DNA of 64,000 bases, taken from the NCBI RefSeq assembly GCF_018350175.1, contig NC_058368.1, forward strand, positions 228,224,001-228,288,000, read 5' to 3'. Shown here one piece after another: positions 48,190 to 62,454 of the stretch (within the stretch, counting starts at the first letter, position 1; each line of letters opens with the position of its first letter). The position numbers and the translations under genes are program-made. Below the pieces are notes generated by a model that was not told the origin of the DNA, did no database searches, and was given only the letters and a program-made list of their open reading frames with translations. Source of the DNA: Felis catus (lineage: Eukaryota).

Positions 48190-50040
48190 ATATTTCTCCT
48201 CTCCTTCTGGTACTTCCATTATGCAAATGTTGGCCTGATTGCTGATACATTTCTCTGAGGCTCTGTTCATTTTCCCTTGTTCTTTTTTCTCTTTGTTCTT
48301 CAGATTTCACAATCTCTGTTGATCTGCTTTCAAGTTTGTGGATTCATCCATCAGACCAAATTTACTTTTGCATTCTGTTGAATTGGACGTATAAAGTCCT
48401 AAACCTCCAGCACCACAGAGTGTGACTTTATTTGGAAATAGACTTGTTTTTCAGATGGCATTAGCTAAGTTAAGATGAGGTCATGGTGGAATAGGGTGAG
48501 CCCGGAGCCAATGTGAATGGTGTCCTTATAAACAGGAGACATTCGAACACAGACACACACACACAGGGAGAAAACCACGCGAAAGTGAAGCCAAGGATTG
48601 GGGTGATGGAGAAGTCAAGGAACACCAAAGAAAGCCAGCCAGCCACCAGAATCTAGAAAAGAAGCATGGAACAGAGTTCTTCCTTATGACCCTCAGAAGG
48701 AAACAACTCTGTTGATACACTGATCTCAGACTTCCAGTCTCCAGAACTGTGGGGCACCAACTTTATGTTGTTTAAGCTTCTCAGTTTGTGATCTCTTGTT
48801 ATAGAAGCCCTAGCAAACTAATACACACTCCTTTGAAGACTTTTTCCCTCATTTTAGCATTGTGCTTTTCAACTCCAGAATTTGTTTGATTCTTTTAATA
48901 ATTTCTTTTTTATTAATCTTCTCTACGTGATCAATCATCCTGTTTTTATACCTTCCTTTAATTGTTTAAATAAATAGGGCTTTCTTTATTGATTGGAACA
49001 TATTTCTAATAGCTGCTTTGAAGGCTTTGCTTGAGAGGTCCAACATCTGGATCCCCTCAAAGGCAATTTCTATTGCTTGCTTTTTTCTTCTGGGTGCGGG
49101 ATAATTTCCTGTTTCTTTGTATGTCTTATAATTTTTCTCTTGAAAACTGGACAATTTTAGATAATGAGTTGTAGTGAACCTGGATACTGACTCTATTCCT
49201 CCCCCTCAGGGCTTGCTTTTGTTTTGTTTCATCAATTATGTGTTTAGAGACTTGGCTGAACACGATCTGTGAAGTCTATTTGCTCAGTGGTATGTAGGCT
49301 CTGAAGTCTCTGCTTAGATTTTTTTCCCCTTGTTTTTGTCTTTCAGTGTAGCTGCCTAGGGTAGTTCCTGAGTCAGCTCCTGAGTCACTGGACAAAGGCT
49401 GTGCTTGAGCTCTCCAGCCAGTTAGAATTTCCTGATTATATGTAAGGCTTTATCGTTGTATATATGTATGACTTGGAGACTGCTTTCACAGTTCAGGGAT
49501 TTTATGGTTTTGTTCCACATTCAGCCATGGTCTAGATATCTGCAACTTCCTTTTCTGGTCACCTCTGAGAGGGTGCAGTCTTGAGCGTGCACACAGTTTT
49601 CCAGACTGGGGATGACTGTCATTGAATTTTAATTTAAGCTTCCTAGAAGTCATCTCTGTGTTGAAATTACTTTTTCAATCAGTATTTGGCCAGGTGTAGA
49701 GCCAAGTAAGCCTCTTGAGCCAGTAAGGCTTCTGTCCTTTGCTAATGCTTCTCAATGTGGCTTAGGAAATAGTTTCAAGTTTACCCCACAAACTGTTCTG
49801 ATTGTTCCTGAGTGGTTGCAGTCTGTTGCTTGCACACAGTCCTTACCATGGCCGGGGCTGAAATCCTTGGGTTCTCCTTGGCTGTCGCTTTCCTTGGCTT
49901 TCTTTGTTAAACTTCTGTGCTCTTCCATTTTATTTATTGCATTATGATGGAACTACCAGGTCTTCTAATTATTTACTACCAATATCCACATTGTTTTTTA
50001 CACTTAGGTATGCAATTCTTCATGCCCTGTTCAAAATAAT
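48190..50040 (-). mobile_element. Old L1M remnant (5'/ORF1-side) interrupted by an MLT1 LTR
   Basis: aatatatttctcctctccttctggtacttccattatgcaaatgttgg...ctctgaggctctgttcatt; aatagctgctttgaagg...ccaacatctgg. Confidence 0.6.
48376..48825 (+). mobile_element. MaLR LTR (MLT1C-like)
   Basis: gtgtgactttatttggaaatag...taagatgaggtcat...gtccttataa...cagacttccagtctccagaactgt...gcaaactaataca. Confidence 0.85.
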
Positions 50041-50066
50041 ATAGCTTAATACGTATATATGCGTCA

Positions 50067-50103
50067 TACGCATATATATACGCATATATATACGCATATA
50101 TAT
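50067..50103. repeat. Tandem 12-mer (TACGCATATATA) x3
   Basis: Direct reading. Confidence 0.85.
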
Positions 50104-51024
50104 AATAGGCATATTAATTTATTTAATCCTTCAGCAACCACATGATATTGATATTTTAGCTTTTCCATTTTCTATATGGGTCACATGGATGGCAAATGAA
50201 ATACCACGAGTCTGGTTGCCATACTGTCTCTCATGATGGGTGACTGGGCTGAAGCCATCTTGAAAGAGCCCACCCGAGACAGCAGCTTACTAGGGTGAGG
50301 GAACTGTGGGCTGTGAGAAAGGAGAGCTGAGTAAGGCTATTACAGAGATCAGGAAGGAGGGCATTGCATAGTGAATAGAGGAGAGGACAAGAGTGAAAGA
50401 ATGAACCATATTCCTTTCCCCACTGGAGGTATGCGCATAATGGGTCAGACCTGAGTGAAGGAAGAGGAGAAGTTTTGAATTAAATATAGTATGAGACCCT
50501 AACTCTAATGACTGAAAAATCCATCCCAATTGTCTTTGGGATTCAAGAAGCCAACACTTAATATTCCTCCTCCTTGTTTGGTTTCCTGTCTGAAATAACT
50601 GATTGATTGATTGAGAAGTTGGGCAGAGGGAGATTTAAAATATATCACTATTTCAACATTTTACAAATAAAGCTGGTTGTAGAATAAGTCTTCTGTTGTG
50701 TCCTATGTAGCTTTCCTAAAACATTATCTCAGAATTAACTCATCCACTGAGTCAAAGGCAATATTGGGCAACTGCTATTCAAGAAGTACTGAGGGAGGTA
50801 GCAGAGGCAGGCAAGGTCTTCCTTCAATGGACGTTCTTTTCCCTGGACATGTGAAGAGTGCAGAATAAGTGCGCTTAATAGTTTCCTGAATGAAGTTGTT
50901 AAAACTGAAACCGACCAGAAAATGATGGATTCTTCCACAAGTACTGGAAAAAGGCAGGGACAAGAATGTGGGCAGAAAATGTTTGAAGACAGTTGTTGGC
51001 TGGTGTGAAATAAAGCCATTCCTA

Positions 51025-51273
51025 GGGTACCTGGGTAGCTCAGTCGGTTAAGCGTCTGACTTCACCTCAGGTCATGATCTCGTGGTTTGTGAGTTCAAGC
51101 CCCGTGTCGGGTTCTGGGCTGACAGCTCAGAGCCTGGAGCCTGCTTCGGATTCTGTGTCTCCCTCTCTCTCTGCCCCTAACCCACTTGCATTCTGTCTCT
51201 GTCTCTCTCAAAAATAAGCATTAAAATAATAAAAAAATAATAATAATAAATAAACATTAAAAAATTAAAAAAA
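51025..51273 (+). mobile_element. CAN-SINE
   Basis: TSD aaataaagccattcc 51008-51022/51274-51288. Confidence 0.92.
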
Positions 51274-52702
51274 AAATAAAGCCATTCCCTGAAAGCCAGG
51301 AGCTCAGCCCATTCTACATTTCAGTGACATTGGCACATGAGATCCTTTGTACTCTTCTTTAATATGAAGGGAGAACACACAGCACTGACTTGTTTCTATA
51401 GTCTCCTTTCATTTATTTATTTCACTTCATTATTTATTTATACTATTTATGCTTTCCCCCCATTCCAGTTCTCCTACTGATTGCAATGTTATTCAAGTTA
51501 ATCTTCATAAATAAATTATTCCAACAATGGATTAAGTAAAAATTAGTTGACATAATTGTGCATCTGTTTTGGTAAATACAGAATGTAATGTTAAGTATTT
51601 TATGCTAACATAAGCTCTTGGTTTCTCTGATCATTAAAATTCTCTAAATAATAATAAATCACATCCTCCTCATTATCCTTAAGGTTCTTTTAAAGTCCAT
51701 GAATTTCAATAAAGAGTGATGAAGGGAAATGAAGAGGGTTCTTAGGTAGACTTCTGTATAGGATAAAACAGAATGGAAAACACATACACTCAGCTTCCTT
51801 TCTTAATGAAAGTATTTTTCACTCCCATCAGTGGACCATTTTTCTGCCTTAATTTTGAGGGACTCCCCAACACAGCAAGATTGGATATAGCAATATAGCT
51901 ATTTAAAGCAATTCAACCCTTGGAAATTGGTAGCTCCCTTCTGTTCCATAATTGAAAATAATTTTTGGGTTCAAATACAATCCCAAAGTTAAAACAATCT
52001 ATTTCAAAGATATGTTGCGTAGGGAGGATTCTTGATCATTGCCTTTCCCTTTTTGTCCCTCATCTTTCATTTCCTTCTTTATCTTTTCTGTTGTCCTCCT
52101 TTCCCTCTTCAATTCTTCTCCCCTCCCTCTCCTGCTTCATTCCATCAGCAGCTTCTGACTTACTAGATCTTTAGTTTCCCAAGACCCTGAAAAGGGAGTC
52201 TTTTCCCCAAGAACTCCAACAAAGCCTTTGGAAGACTTTGCCTAGCTTGGCTCAGGTTACGTCTCCGTGAATGTGAAGTGGCTTGAAGAATGTGGCTCTG
52301 ATGGGCCAGGTTTGGTTTTGATCTAGAACTGGAGGGTAGGGATGGTGAGTCATGGGGACAGAGCAACAGGAAGGAATGGTTTCTAAAAGCCTCAGAGGTT
52401 TTCTTTTACTAAAAAAAAAGGAAGGAAAGAACGCCAACAAGAAAGAACAATAGAATGTGTCTACAGTGTGTGTGCACATGCATGCATTTACCTAAGTGAC
52501 ATGCTAAGAAAGTCTTTTCATCATACAAGTGTATAACATTTTTTTATGTTTTTACAGTTATATTTAATGTGATGAGAACTTGTTGTTGGTATGAAATAGA
52601 GCTATCTTTTGAATCTATTTCCCCAAAATTATTGAATAATTTATCCTTCCTTAACTGATTTTAATGGATATTGTTTTTGAAGTCTAAACTGCCATCTATA
52701 CA

Positions 52703-52714
52703 ATGGATAGAGAA

Positions 52715-52764
<50 letters not shown>

Positions 52765-53186
52765 ACGGAATACTACTTGGCAATCAAAAAGAATGAAATC
52801 TTGCCTTTTGCAACAACATGGATGGAACTAGAGTGTATTATGCTAAGTGAAATAAGTCAGTCAGAGAAAGACGAATATCATTTCACTCATATGTAGAATT
52901 TAAGACACAAAACAGATTGGACATAGGAAAGGGAAGGAAACAGAAGACAAAAACAGAGGGGGGCAAAACACAAAAGACTCTTAAATACAGAGAACAAACT
53001 GAGGGTTTCTGGAGGAGTGTTGGGTGCGGGATGGGCTAAATGGGTGATGGGCATTAGGTAGGGTACTTCTTGGGATGAGCACTGGGTGTTACATGTAAGT
53101 GATGAATCACTGGGTTCTACTCCTGAAACCAATACGACACTGTGTGTTAACTAACTTGAATTTAAATAAATAAGTTTTTTAAAAGT
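52703..53186 (+). mobile_element. 5'-truncated carnivore L1 with internal (TA)n(CA)n
   Basis: L1 3' motifs; TSD tgccatctataca 52690-52702/53187-53199. Confidence 0.92.
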
Positions 53187-53619
53187 TGCCATCTATACAC
53201 ACAGAGTAAATAGAGTAAATAGAGGACTATTTGCTGCCATGTACTTCATGTCATGAGAGCCCTACAGCTTCTTTAGGTGGCCCCTGGATTGGCTCTTACA
53301 ACCCCAAGGAACTCGTGGACCCTCAGAGCCAAGATGTCAACTTGAGATCTCCTGTCCCAGCAGATCAATGTCATGGCAACTTTTGGATAACCAAGGACAT
53401 TTTCCTTTTCATACATTTATTTCTTCACCCATTGGTTATTTTTAAGAATATTTTTGTGAAGTGCTCACACTCTTTGACCTAAAAGAAACACATGTATACG
53501 CTTTTTGGCTAATTCCGGCAAATCCTATCTGTTGGGAGCAATGATACTTCTTTTAGATATTTTAAAAGATAAATTAATTGAAAATGCAAATATTGGGTAG
53601 CTGTTCTATGAGAGAAATG

Positions 53620-53770
53620 GCAGTAGTTAGAAACTCAGAACTCTCCACTCATTATCTGCTTGACCTTGGGCTGGCTACCTAACTTCTAAGCACTGGTTTC
53701 CTCATCTATAAAGTAAGAGTAATACCATGACTTAGAAGGTTATTTGGAGATTAAATGAGATTTATTGAAT
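53620..53770 (+). mobile_element. MIR remnant
   Basis: tgaccttgggc...cctaacttct...gtttcctcatctataaagt...ggagattaaatgaga. Confidence 0.7.
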
Positions 53771-54560
53771 ATCCATTATCAATCTGGCAGTTTGCTAACC
53801 TGGCTGAGTCAATGCTTAATTAGTTGTAACTCATCTTTAGAGCCTGCAAAATTGCTCTCGCATATTGCCATAGCCAAACTCTATCAATATAGGAGACAAC
53901 TTCACTTTGCTTATATGCGTTAATAAAACATTCCCTGCATCTGTTCTAGTGCTATCTGTGGTGCTACTCAAATCTAAGTCCACGAATTCCAAGATTTAAT
54001 GGAGGACAAATAAGTTGACAAAACTGTAACTGCCTGGTGCATGGTAGAAGCTTCTCGAACGTATCTTATTTTAAAATGCAATCAAGAAAATTGAAATAGG
54101 TGTTGAAAAATGTGGTATACTATCAGCAATAAGTATTTGGCTGTACTTTCCATGGAATAATTAGTTTTAAGACTCAAAACAGTCATGTGTCTATAGGGCT
54201 CATGCAAATGGATTTATTTTGTTCTTTTTTGTCTTTTGCCTATTTTTTAGCAGTTTTGAAATAAGCTTTCTTTTGCCACATCTATTATCTCTCCCTGAAG
54301 AGCATTCACACCCCCATTTGAGGGACAGGAATATTCCTGTGGCTTTTGATGGTTACTGGATACAGGTTCCATTACTCTAGCTCCCTTCACAGGAGCTGTT
54401 TCATTTGTGGAAGGATACCAGCAGCACTTAAGTATTGTTTTCTGTTAAATTAAGTATACACACACTCACATTTTCAAGAGAAAATTATACATGTGGGTGC
54501 TTTTCTATTTTTAAATGCAAGTTGGATCTGAATGTGAGTTTGGTATTTTTGTATCTCTTT

Positions 54561-55149
54561 TGTGGGGGAAAGATTCTAGGGTAGTCCCCAATATCCTTGC
54601 CTCCTGGTGTCCTCTCATGTGTGGGTAGGACTCATTACTTGATTCCAACCAATAGAGTGTGGCAAAGGAGACAAGATGTTTGCAATTACATGTACATGAT
54701 TCTGTGGTGGTGTTACATAAAACTGTAGCACTATCTTGCAGACTTTTGCTGGCTCTGAAGAAACAAGCTGCCATGGAGTGAGCTACTATGTTAGGGAAAC
54801 CCACATTACAAGGAACTCCAGGAAGTCACCTGTAGTTGAGAGCAAGAGTCTGTACTATAAAACAAGAAAATTAGGCCCTTGGTCCTTCAGCTACAAGGAA
54901 GTGAACTCCACTAACAGCCTGAGAGGGAGTAGAAGCAGATCCTTCCCCAGTTGAACCTCTGATGAGGCTACAGCCCCAGCCAACATCTTGATTTTAGCCT
55001 CGTGAGACCCTGAGTCAGAGGACCCAGCTAAGTCATGCTTTGACTCCTGACCTCAGAAATGATCTACAGAAACTATAGACAATAAGTAGGTGTTGTCTTA
55101 AGCTGCTAAATTTATGGTTATTGACTATGCCTCAATAAATACTAATACA
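54561..55149 (+). mobile_element. MaLR LTR (MLT1E/F-like)
   Basis: TG...CA; ccaatagagtgtggcaaagg, ctacaaggaagtgaactcc, gcagatccttccccagttgaacctct, gaggacccagctaag, ttaagctgctaaattt...actaataca. Confidence 0.82.
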
Positions 55150-56163
55150 TTTTCCCCCAAATTTGTCACCAGATGATATGCTCCATTGTTAGCATCTAAT
55201 AAACCAATGAGTTGAAGTAAGGAATGATGTTAATCCATAATATATTGCGAATCATCGCTGTCATAGGATAAACCGTAAGTTCACAATTAAGGTCCAGTGA
55301 TACAGTAGACACTGTGTGATGCACTGGCCTGGGATTCAGGTTCTGAGTTCTAGGCACAACTCTGACATTTCTTGTCAATCTGGTTCCTGGACCCTCCCCC
55401 TACAGCTAAAAAATTAAATGTTTAAATTAAATACATTTTAAATTCCATTGTGGCTATGCATTTATCAAAGTCTTTAAAATTATAGCTTTAAGAAGTATAG
55501 CTTTATTACCTCTAGCTAACTGTTAAATAAAAGTCTTGTTTGGTTTGGAATTCCCAATGGTCATAAGCGCTTGTTTGGGATTAAAAGGGCCTTTTAAATG
55601 ACTGAGGAGAGCACATTAACTTCTCATTGGAAACCAGCTGATTAATTTACAAAATATGTTTTCATCTCATCCACTTTTGTTAAGCTGGGAGATCTACCAG
55701 CAGGAATATGACAATTTAGATATAGCTTGTTAAGTATAAAAAGATTTTCTCAATTCACTATTGTATTAAAGAAAAGTGGTACTTTTTTTTTTCAAGCTGA
55801 AAAACTGGAAATGTTTGACCTTTATATATTCTCTTCCCAAAGAAAGAAAGGAAAGAAAGAAAAAAAGGAAAGAAAGGAATAAAAGAAAATTAATTTGGAC
55901 TCACACAAAAAGTTTAAAAATTAATTAATCTCGTCCATTTTATTCTTTGAAAAAAATAGTTCATGTATCACAATTAGAATAGAGAATCTTTGTTGCTTTA
56001 CTTGTGTTGTGTTTGGTAAGAGATTCTGTCCAGTAGGTGTCAGCAGAGCAATCTTAAAAATAATCATGGGGGCTTCTCATACTAGCTTCATAACCACTTC
56101 TAGATAAGTTATAAGAACTTTCCTCTGTTCAGATCAAGATGTTATTTCAGGGTATGTACATTT

Positions 56164-56284
56164 AGGAAGAAAGGAAGGAAGGAAAGAAGGAAGGAAGGAA
56201 GGAAGGAAGGAAGGAAGGAAGGAAGGGAGGGAGGGAGGGAGGAAGGAAGGAGGAAGGAAGGAAGGAAGGAAAGAAGGGAGGAAG
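56164..56284. repeat. (GGAA)n/(GGGA)n polypurine microsatellite
   Basis: Direct reading. Confidence 0.95.
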
Positions 56285-56862
56285 TTAATTAGTTAGTTGG
56301 TTAGTTCTGGTTTAAAAAAGCTTTTTATTCTTTTCTCCCCCATGTAGTAAAAAGCCCATTCTGAAATATCATGTAGAAAAAAAAATGGAAAGTTTCTGAA
56401 ATAAACAGTGCAACCTCATATTAGTATCATTTTGAAATACAGAATATGAGAGGAAAATGAACCCAATATGTAGACTGCCAATCTAAAATGAGCCACAGTA
56501 AGGGGTTGTGGGAAAGTCCCACATAGCCAAAGGGGTTTCCCATGGGAAGGGGGAAGGTAGGTGTAGGAGAGGACAGGGGACCTGCTTTCTCAGGGGAGAT
56601 GTGTAGACTCAGAGCAGCCACATTTTGGAGGAGGGCTTAGTAGAAGCCAATGTGTCCACCAGTTCACAGGGCTAAAAGGTAGAGCAATGCAGTGGGGAGA
56701 AATCAGGGAAGATGAAGAGAAGAGTGGCAGAGTAGGATTGAGAAATTCATGGCTTTTTATTTTTCATGAGTTTATATTGAAGTACGACATAGGTCAACAG
56801 AGTGCATGTGTCATAAGTGTAGAATTCAGTGGATATACATGCAAATATTAATACACAGCATA

Positions 56863-57064
56863 GGGGCGCCTGGATGGCTCAATTGGTTAAGTGTCTGACT
56901 TCGGCTCAGGTCATGATCTCTCGGTTCATGAGTTTGAGCCCCACACCGGGCTCTGTGCTAACAGCTTAGAGCCTGGAGCCTGCTTCAGATTCTATGTCTC
57001 CCTCTTTCTCTGCCCCTCCCTTGCTCACACTCTCTTTCACAAATAAAAATAAACATTAAAAAAT
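56863..57064 (+). mobile_element. CAN-SINE
   Basis: ggggcgcctggatggctcaattggttaag... Confidence 0.9.
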
Positions 57065-58979
57065 TCAAATTAATATATAGTGTATAGATATATAGCAATA
57101 AAGATAAAATGTGCCCTGCTGGCAGCTAGACTGTGAAGCGAATAGTGAGAACCGAAACAGAAAAATCAGATTTTCAACAGGGCTTGCACTATACCTTGCA
57201 AATATAGATAAATCGGACCAAAGCAAACCAAGGCAAGTTATCAGCTCCACCATAGACCACATGCAAATTCCTGCAACTCCAGCTCATTCAGATCTTTGTG
57301 TTCCAAGATACAGCCTCAGGTAAACTGAAGAGTAACTCCGTAGGGACTCCCGTGTTCTATGGATGAGACGCCTAGCTAATCCAGCAACTCCTGTTTTAGT
57401 GCTTCTTCCAGGGTTTGGAAGTCTCTGCTTGTGGATTTACTTTGCATTTGCCTGATGATCAATGATGTTGAGCATCAGCACACACATTTATTACCTATTG
57501 GATGTTTTTTGTTTTTTTTTTGGTCAAGTGCCTCTTCAATATCTTGCCCTTTGTTCCATGGGCTCTCCATATCTTCCTAATAGGTTTGTGGGAGGGATGT
57601 GAGATCTAGTTTTCACGTTAGATCTAGACTTGAGTCCTAGCTCTGTTACTTGCAAGCTGTGTGGTATTTCAGCTGGGCTGGGAAAACATCAGTCTACCAC
57701 AGATGGATACAGAGAGTCTACCAGAAGCTTAACCACCAGAGCTTATGAGAAACATCTTATGTACCATCTCAGTGATGATATAAAACGTCATTCTTAGTTA
57801 CGAACAAAGCAAGTTTGTAAAAATATCTGTCTGGCAGAGCTCTGTTAGATTTTTCTCGACTGAATCCTGAGAAACTTTGGTTCTGAATATCTGCTCCCTA
57901 ACAACCTGTGGAAGGTTCTGATGTTCTGTGGGGTTGCTCTAGCTCCTGTCTCCTCTCCCTCAGGCCTGTCTTCCCCCTGACTTGTGCTGATCAAGAATCT
58001 GAGGTTAAGATATGTAGAACAATGTGCCTGAGGTCCATCACTACTAATAAGTGGTCGAATAGGCCAGGCCTGCTGGGTCCAAAGGCAGCAGACTGGACAT
58101 TAAACTAAACCATGCTGCCTCTTGAGAGGGTCTTAAGGTTTGAGTTAGAAAAGGATGTTATTGATCTACTGCTAAGTACGAGACACTTGGAGGCCTTGAA
58201 ATAACATGCTATGGCCTCTAGCCCTTATGCCAAGTCTTCTCTCCTAAAATTTTCATTATAAAGATACTAAGAATCACCTGCTATATTTAACTACATGTGT
58301 ACTGAGCAGCTACTATGGATGCGATGGATACAGTGCTGAGTAAGATAGACATAGTTCCTGCCTGCATGGAATTCACTATACACAGCTATCGCAAAGGAGG
58401 TTGAAAAGGTCCACAGAGAGGCAATACGATAGATGTGTACCTGTGAATTGGGGGGGGGGGAGAGAGGGGTACATGAATACAAAACCAACGACCAATGAGG
58501 TCAGGTTCCCATCCCTTTTTGTCTCTTCAGAGACCTTACTCAATGTATTGTTCCAGAAAATTCTTTTCTATCTACTGGCTCCTTCTCATCAGAATTTAAA
58601 CACCCAAGTCTTTCCTCTCTTTAAATGAACATGGTAACAAGAGAAAACCTCCTTCCGTGACCTGCATCTATCTCAGCCCCCAATCAACTCAGTCCCCTTG
58701 TTCATGGCCAGACCCTGAGAGCACATCTTCGTCCTGCTTCCTCATCTTTACCGCCCCCCCCCCCCCAGCCCACTCACCTTGTGTTGCTCCTGGTTTCCGA
58801 AAACAGGAGTAGAGGTGCTGCATTTAAAGGATGCTTCTCAGGCTTCAGCTTTCTCGTTTCTTAGCATCACACAACATGATGGCTGCCTCTATTTATCTGG
58901 TTGATTTTCCTTTCCCCGTTCTTCCCATGACTCCTGAGTCTCCCCGGGGGTTCTTTGTCTCTGGTTGTCTCTCCAGGAA

Positions 58980-59945
58980 TTACCCTAGAGGTCCTCTCTC
59001 AGTACCCTCTCCCTAAGCATCATCTCACCCCATGAGGGCATCAACTGAGACCATCTCCAGCATAGATGACTCACAACTGACACCCAGATCCACATATCCA
59101 CTGGCCCATTTGACATCATGTAGACAGCTGACCGGGCATCTCAGATCCCACGTATCTCAAGTTCAATTAATTGTCTTCACCCTGTTCTGTTTCTCTCTCC
59201 CCAACCAATGAGTGGCACCCACATCTAAGCGACTGTGAGTCATCCTGAACCCTCTTCTCCTTCATCTCCCATATGCCACCAGTCACACACTTTACCTCCT
59301 CCGTCTCTCACATCTCTCCACCCGTTGTTATTTCTTGCCTTCTCTACAGACACCAACTCTTCTGGCCACCCGTATTGTTCCCAACCAAACCGGTTTTCCT
59401 CATAGGGGTTCGAGTTATCTGTCTGAAGAGCAAATTGATCATGTCCCTGCTCTGTTTAGAACAGAGTTCTAAAGAGTTCTGTAGCTGCCTGTAATCCTCA
59501 GGAGCAATTGCAGCCCTGTAACCTGACTTGTGAAATCATTTGTCTGCCCCCGGCTCACCTCTCCCTCTCATCCCTCACCGCTCTGCCCCTTTGGACTCTG
59601 CGTTGCAACCGCAGTAACCCGATTTCTGCTTCCCAGCCCTGTTCTTCTTTCTCTTGCCCTCGGGCTTTTCTGTGTTGTCATATTCTTCTCTTCCTCCCAC
59701 GCTTTATCATCTTGCTGCCTCCTGCTCACTCCAGTTCTCGGCTCAGCTCCCGCTTCCCCCGGACGTACCCCACCTCTTCCCCAGCCGACTTGAGTTAAGT
59801 GACTCATGTCTTCACAGCTCCTGAACCACCTTGCTCCATAGCTACCTCGCTGTGAATTACAAGTGCGTGATTAGCCACGAGGACAGGAGGAGGCTCTTGT
59901 GTGTGGCCCATCATTTCCCTCCCAGCATCTAGCACAATGTGGAAA
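58980..59945 (+). mobile_element. L2 remnant
   Basis: C/T-rich L2 3' motifs: cagatccacatatccactggccca..., gagtcatcctgaaccctc, tgatcatgtccctgctctgtttagaac, cccagcatctagcacaatg. Confidence 0.62.
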
Positions 59946-60974
59946 GTGTGCAGAGGAGTGGTAGTTACATTACAACTGGTCAAATATTTCCATAAAAACG
60001 TTTCTTGAGTCAAATGGAAGTGTTCCTTAGCTGAGAGGAAGTGCTTCTGTACAGCGAAGCGGCCCCAACATGACGGCTTTCTGGCTACTGCCATCCCACC
60101 CCTTTGGGGGTCCTCTTTCCCCTCTGTCTTCCCCAACTCTTTCGCGATTAGAAACGCATGTGACGAATTATAGCACAAACAAGCAAATCAAGATCTCTGT
60201 TTTACATTTTCAACCAGAAGCAAAACACGGGACGGAGCTCTCTGTCTCCACAATTTCACATGATTCCGCCGTCAGCAGATTTCCAGCCACAGTTCACCTC
60301 TTTTCCATGCTGGGGATTTGGAGGCTTTTTGGCTTCTCCTTTGAGAAACACCATTCCATAAAAGATGACGCACCAAAACGTCACTCGGATGGTGACGCCA
60401 AGGTTTGTTTGTTTGGGGGGCAGGTTCTGCGTATGTGTGCACACGTGCCTGTGTACGTGGTCTCACATAACTGCGCTTTCACACTTAAATCTCCAAGAAT
60501 TTGGTCGTCAGCAGTCAGGAACAAGGTTACTCTCCTGAACTTTAACTTCCCTCTAATTGCTAGCTGTGACCGTTCACGAGTTTCCTCAGATCAGAACTTC
60601 CCAAAGATTTTGCTATGGAAACTGGTCCCTTAATACCAGATTAATAGACTAGATAGGTCCCTTCATCTAGACCCCATGTCTAGATGAAAGTCCTATATTT
60701 AATAAGCTTGGGAGTCGCATGTTTTCTTTCCTCTTGAATGGTTGCAACCCACATCCGCATAACACAGACTCTGATGCTCACCGGCATCTGTTTAACTCAG
60801 CATTTCCTATACATATTAACCACAGAAGCCTTCTTTAAATTTATTAATTTTCTGCCGAGTGTAGTTTGAGAAATATTGATTAGACCCTTTTGGGCTTTTA
60901 ATTTCTCCTTTGCAGTGCCTCTTGCACTAACGAGATCTCTATGTTTATTAGAAATTATATAAAATAATGATAAT

Positions 60975-61200
60975 AAAAATAGCTAACATTTACTGAATGT
61001 TACTGTGTCCTAGGCATTATTCTAAGTGCTTTGTAGATATTAGCTCATTAACACTTCCACCAATTTTATGAGATTGATATTATATAGTTCTCCACATTAT
61101 ATAGGTAGAACTCCGGCACAGAGAACTAAAGCATCTTGTCCAAGGACACACAGCAGGTGAGTAGTGGCACTGGGATTTGAACCCAGGCAGTTAGGTTCTC
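60975..61200 (-). mobile_element. MIR
   Basis: aatagctaacatttactgaatg...taggcattattctaagtgcttt...ttgtccaaggacacacagc...ctgggatttgaacccaggcag. Confidence 0.85.
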
Positions 61201-62029
61201 AGGAGTCTGGGATCAGTACCATTCTTGGTGGCTTCCCTACTTTACCTTTGACTCAATCTCCTGAGCCTGGCCCGTGGACAGTGCCTGGCAAAGGATAGGC
61301 TTTTAGGAACGTTTGATGCCACACGAACTATCTAGCGTTCTGTATTTGATAGGCAAGCCAACTCTTGTCTCATCTATATCATTCTTAACAAGGTAGCCAC
61401 CTAGAACGGGCTGAAACAGTGACCCCTTCCCCTCCCCCTCCCCCTACTCTCTGCAAGGGCAAACTGTGCTGGCTTGTTAAAGAAACAGGGCAGGAATGAT
61501 ATTGCAGCGTGGAGCCAGCACATGGTGGGCATCTTCAGATAATGTGTCAGAACACAGCTTGAAAACATGCTATAGTCCTGGGTCACAAAACAAACACAGA
61601 CATCACAAAACAGACTGCCAGAGGATGACAAACATTTGAATATAAATTAAAAGAAGCTTTGCAGACACAGCATAACAAAAAGCCCAATTAACAAAAGTAA
61701 CCATATGCTACTACCAGAATGGTTGGACACAGTGGAAAACACACACGCACATTAAATGCAAAGAAATCTCGGATGAAACAGCTTCATCAGACAAACTGCA
61801 AACCAGCGCCAAACTGAGATGGCGTAGTGATAAAGGAGATTCTCCAGAGTCCCTTTAGATGTGCCCCAATAAAATAGCTATTGAAGGTATACACACCCTG
61901 GAGCACCGAACGAATAGTCATAGAAACTAAAGCAAAACAGTAGACTTTTGGATCTGTTTTATTTTTTCTTCCACGTTGAATTACTGCAGAACTCGATTCA
62001 TTTAGCAACATTTGTAAGGGTACTATAAA

Positions 62030-62270
62030 ATCGTGGTGAAAAGCGTGAACTTTAGAGTTAGACAGACTGGGTTTAAATCCTGGCTCGGTAAAAATGCCAA
62101 AGGTGTGAATTTTGCAGGATAGTTTAAGTATCAGTTACTGCATATGGAAATAGGGATAGGAATACCCACTCCTTTTGTCAGGATCAAAACCGATGATGTA
62201 GGTAAAAAAGTATAACACGGTGCTTGGCACAGAGTGAATATATACTCCATAAATAAGAGCTGTTGTTATA
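62030..62270 (+). mobile_element. MIR remnant
   Basis: gtggtgaaaagcgtgaactttagagttagacagactgggtttaaatcctggctc...tgcttggcacagagt. Confidence 0.75.
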
Positions 62271-62454
62271 AGAGCTATTACCATTTGTCATTTAAAGTTA
62301 CACGTTTCAAGCTGTAAAATCAGAATCTACGATTTAACTTGTGTCTTGTTGGCTTTAGCAAATAGCAAACAGTAGAGACTTCTATATTGGACCATTCTGC
62401 CCTATGTGTTATGTTATTGCAATAATAGTGATAGTGATGGGCCATAAGACATTT

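Noticed and set aside
44565..48825. Two opposite-orientation MLT1 LTRs as one element or a second inverted repeat
   Set aside because: Highly diverged independent solo LTRs; paired LTRs of one provirus would be direct repeats.
60070..60633. 187-aa ORF (and 46970-47338, 122 aa)
   Set aside because: No ATG start in the sequence, no homology I recognise and no processed-pseudogene hallmarks.
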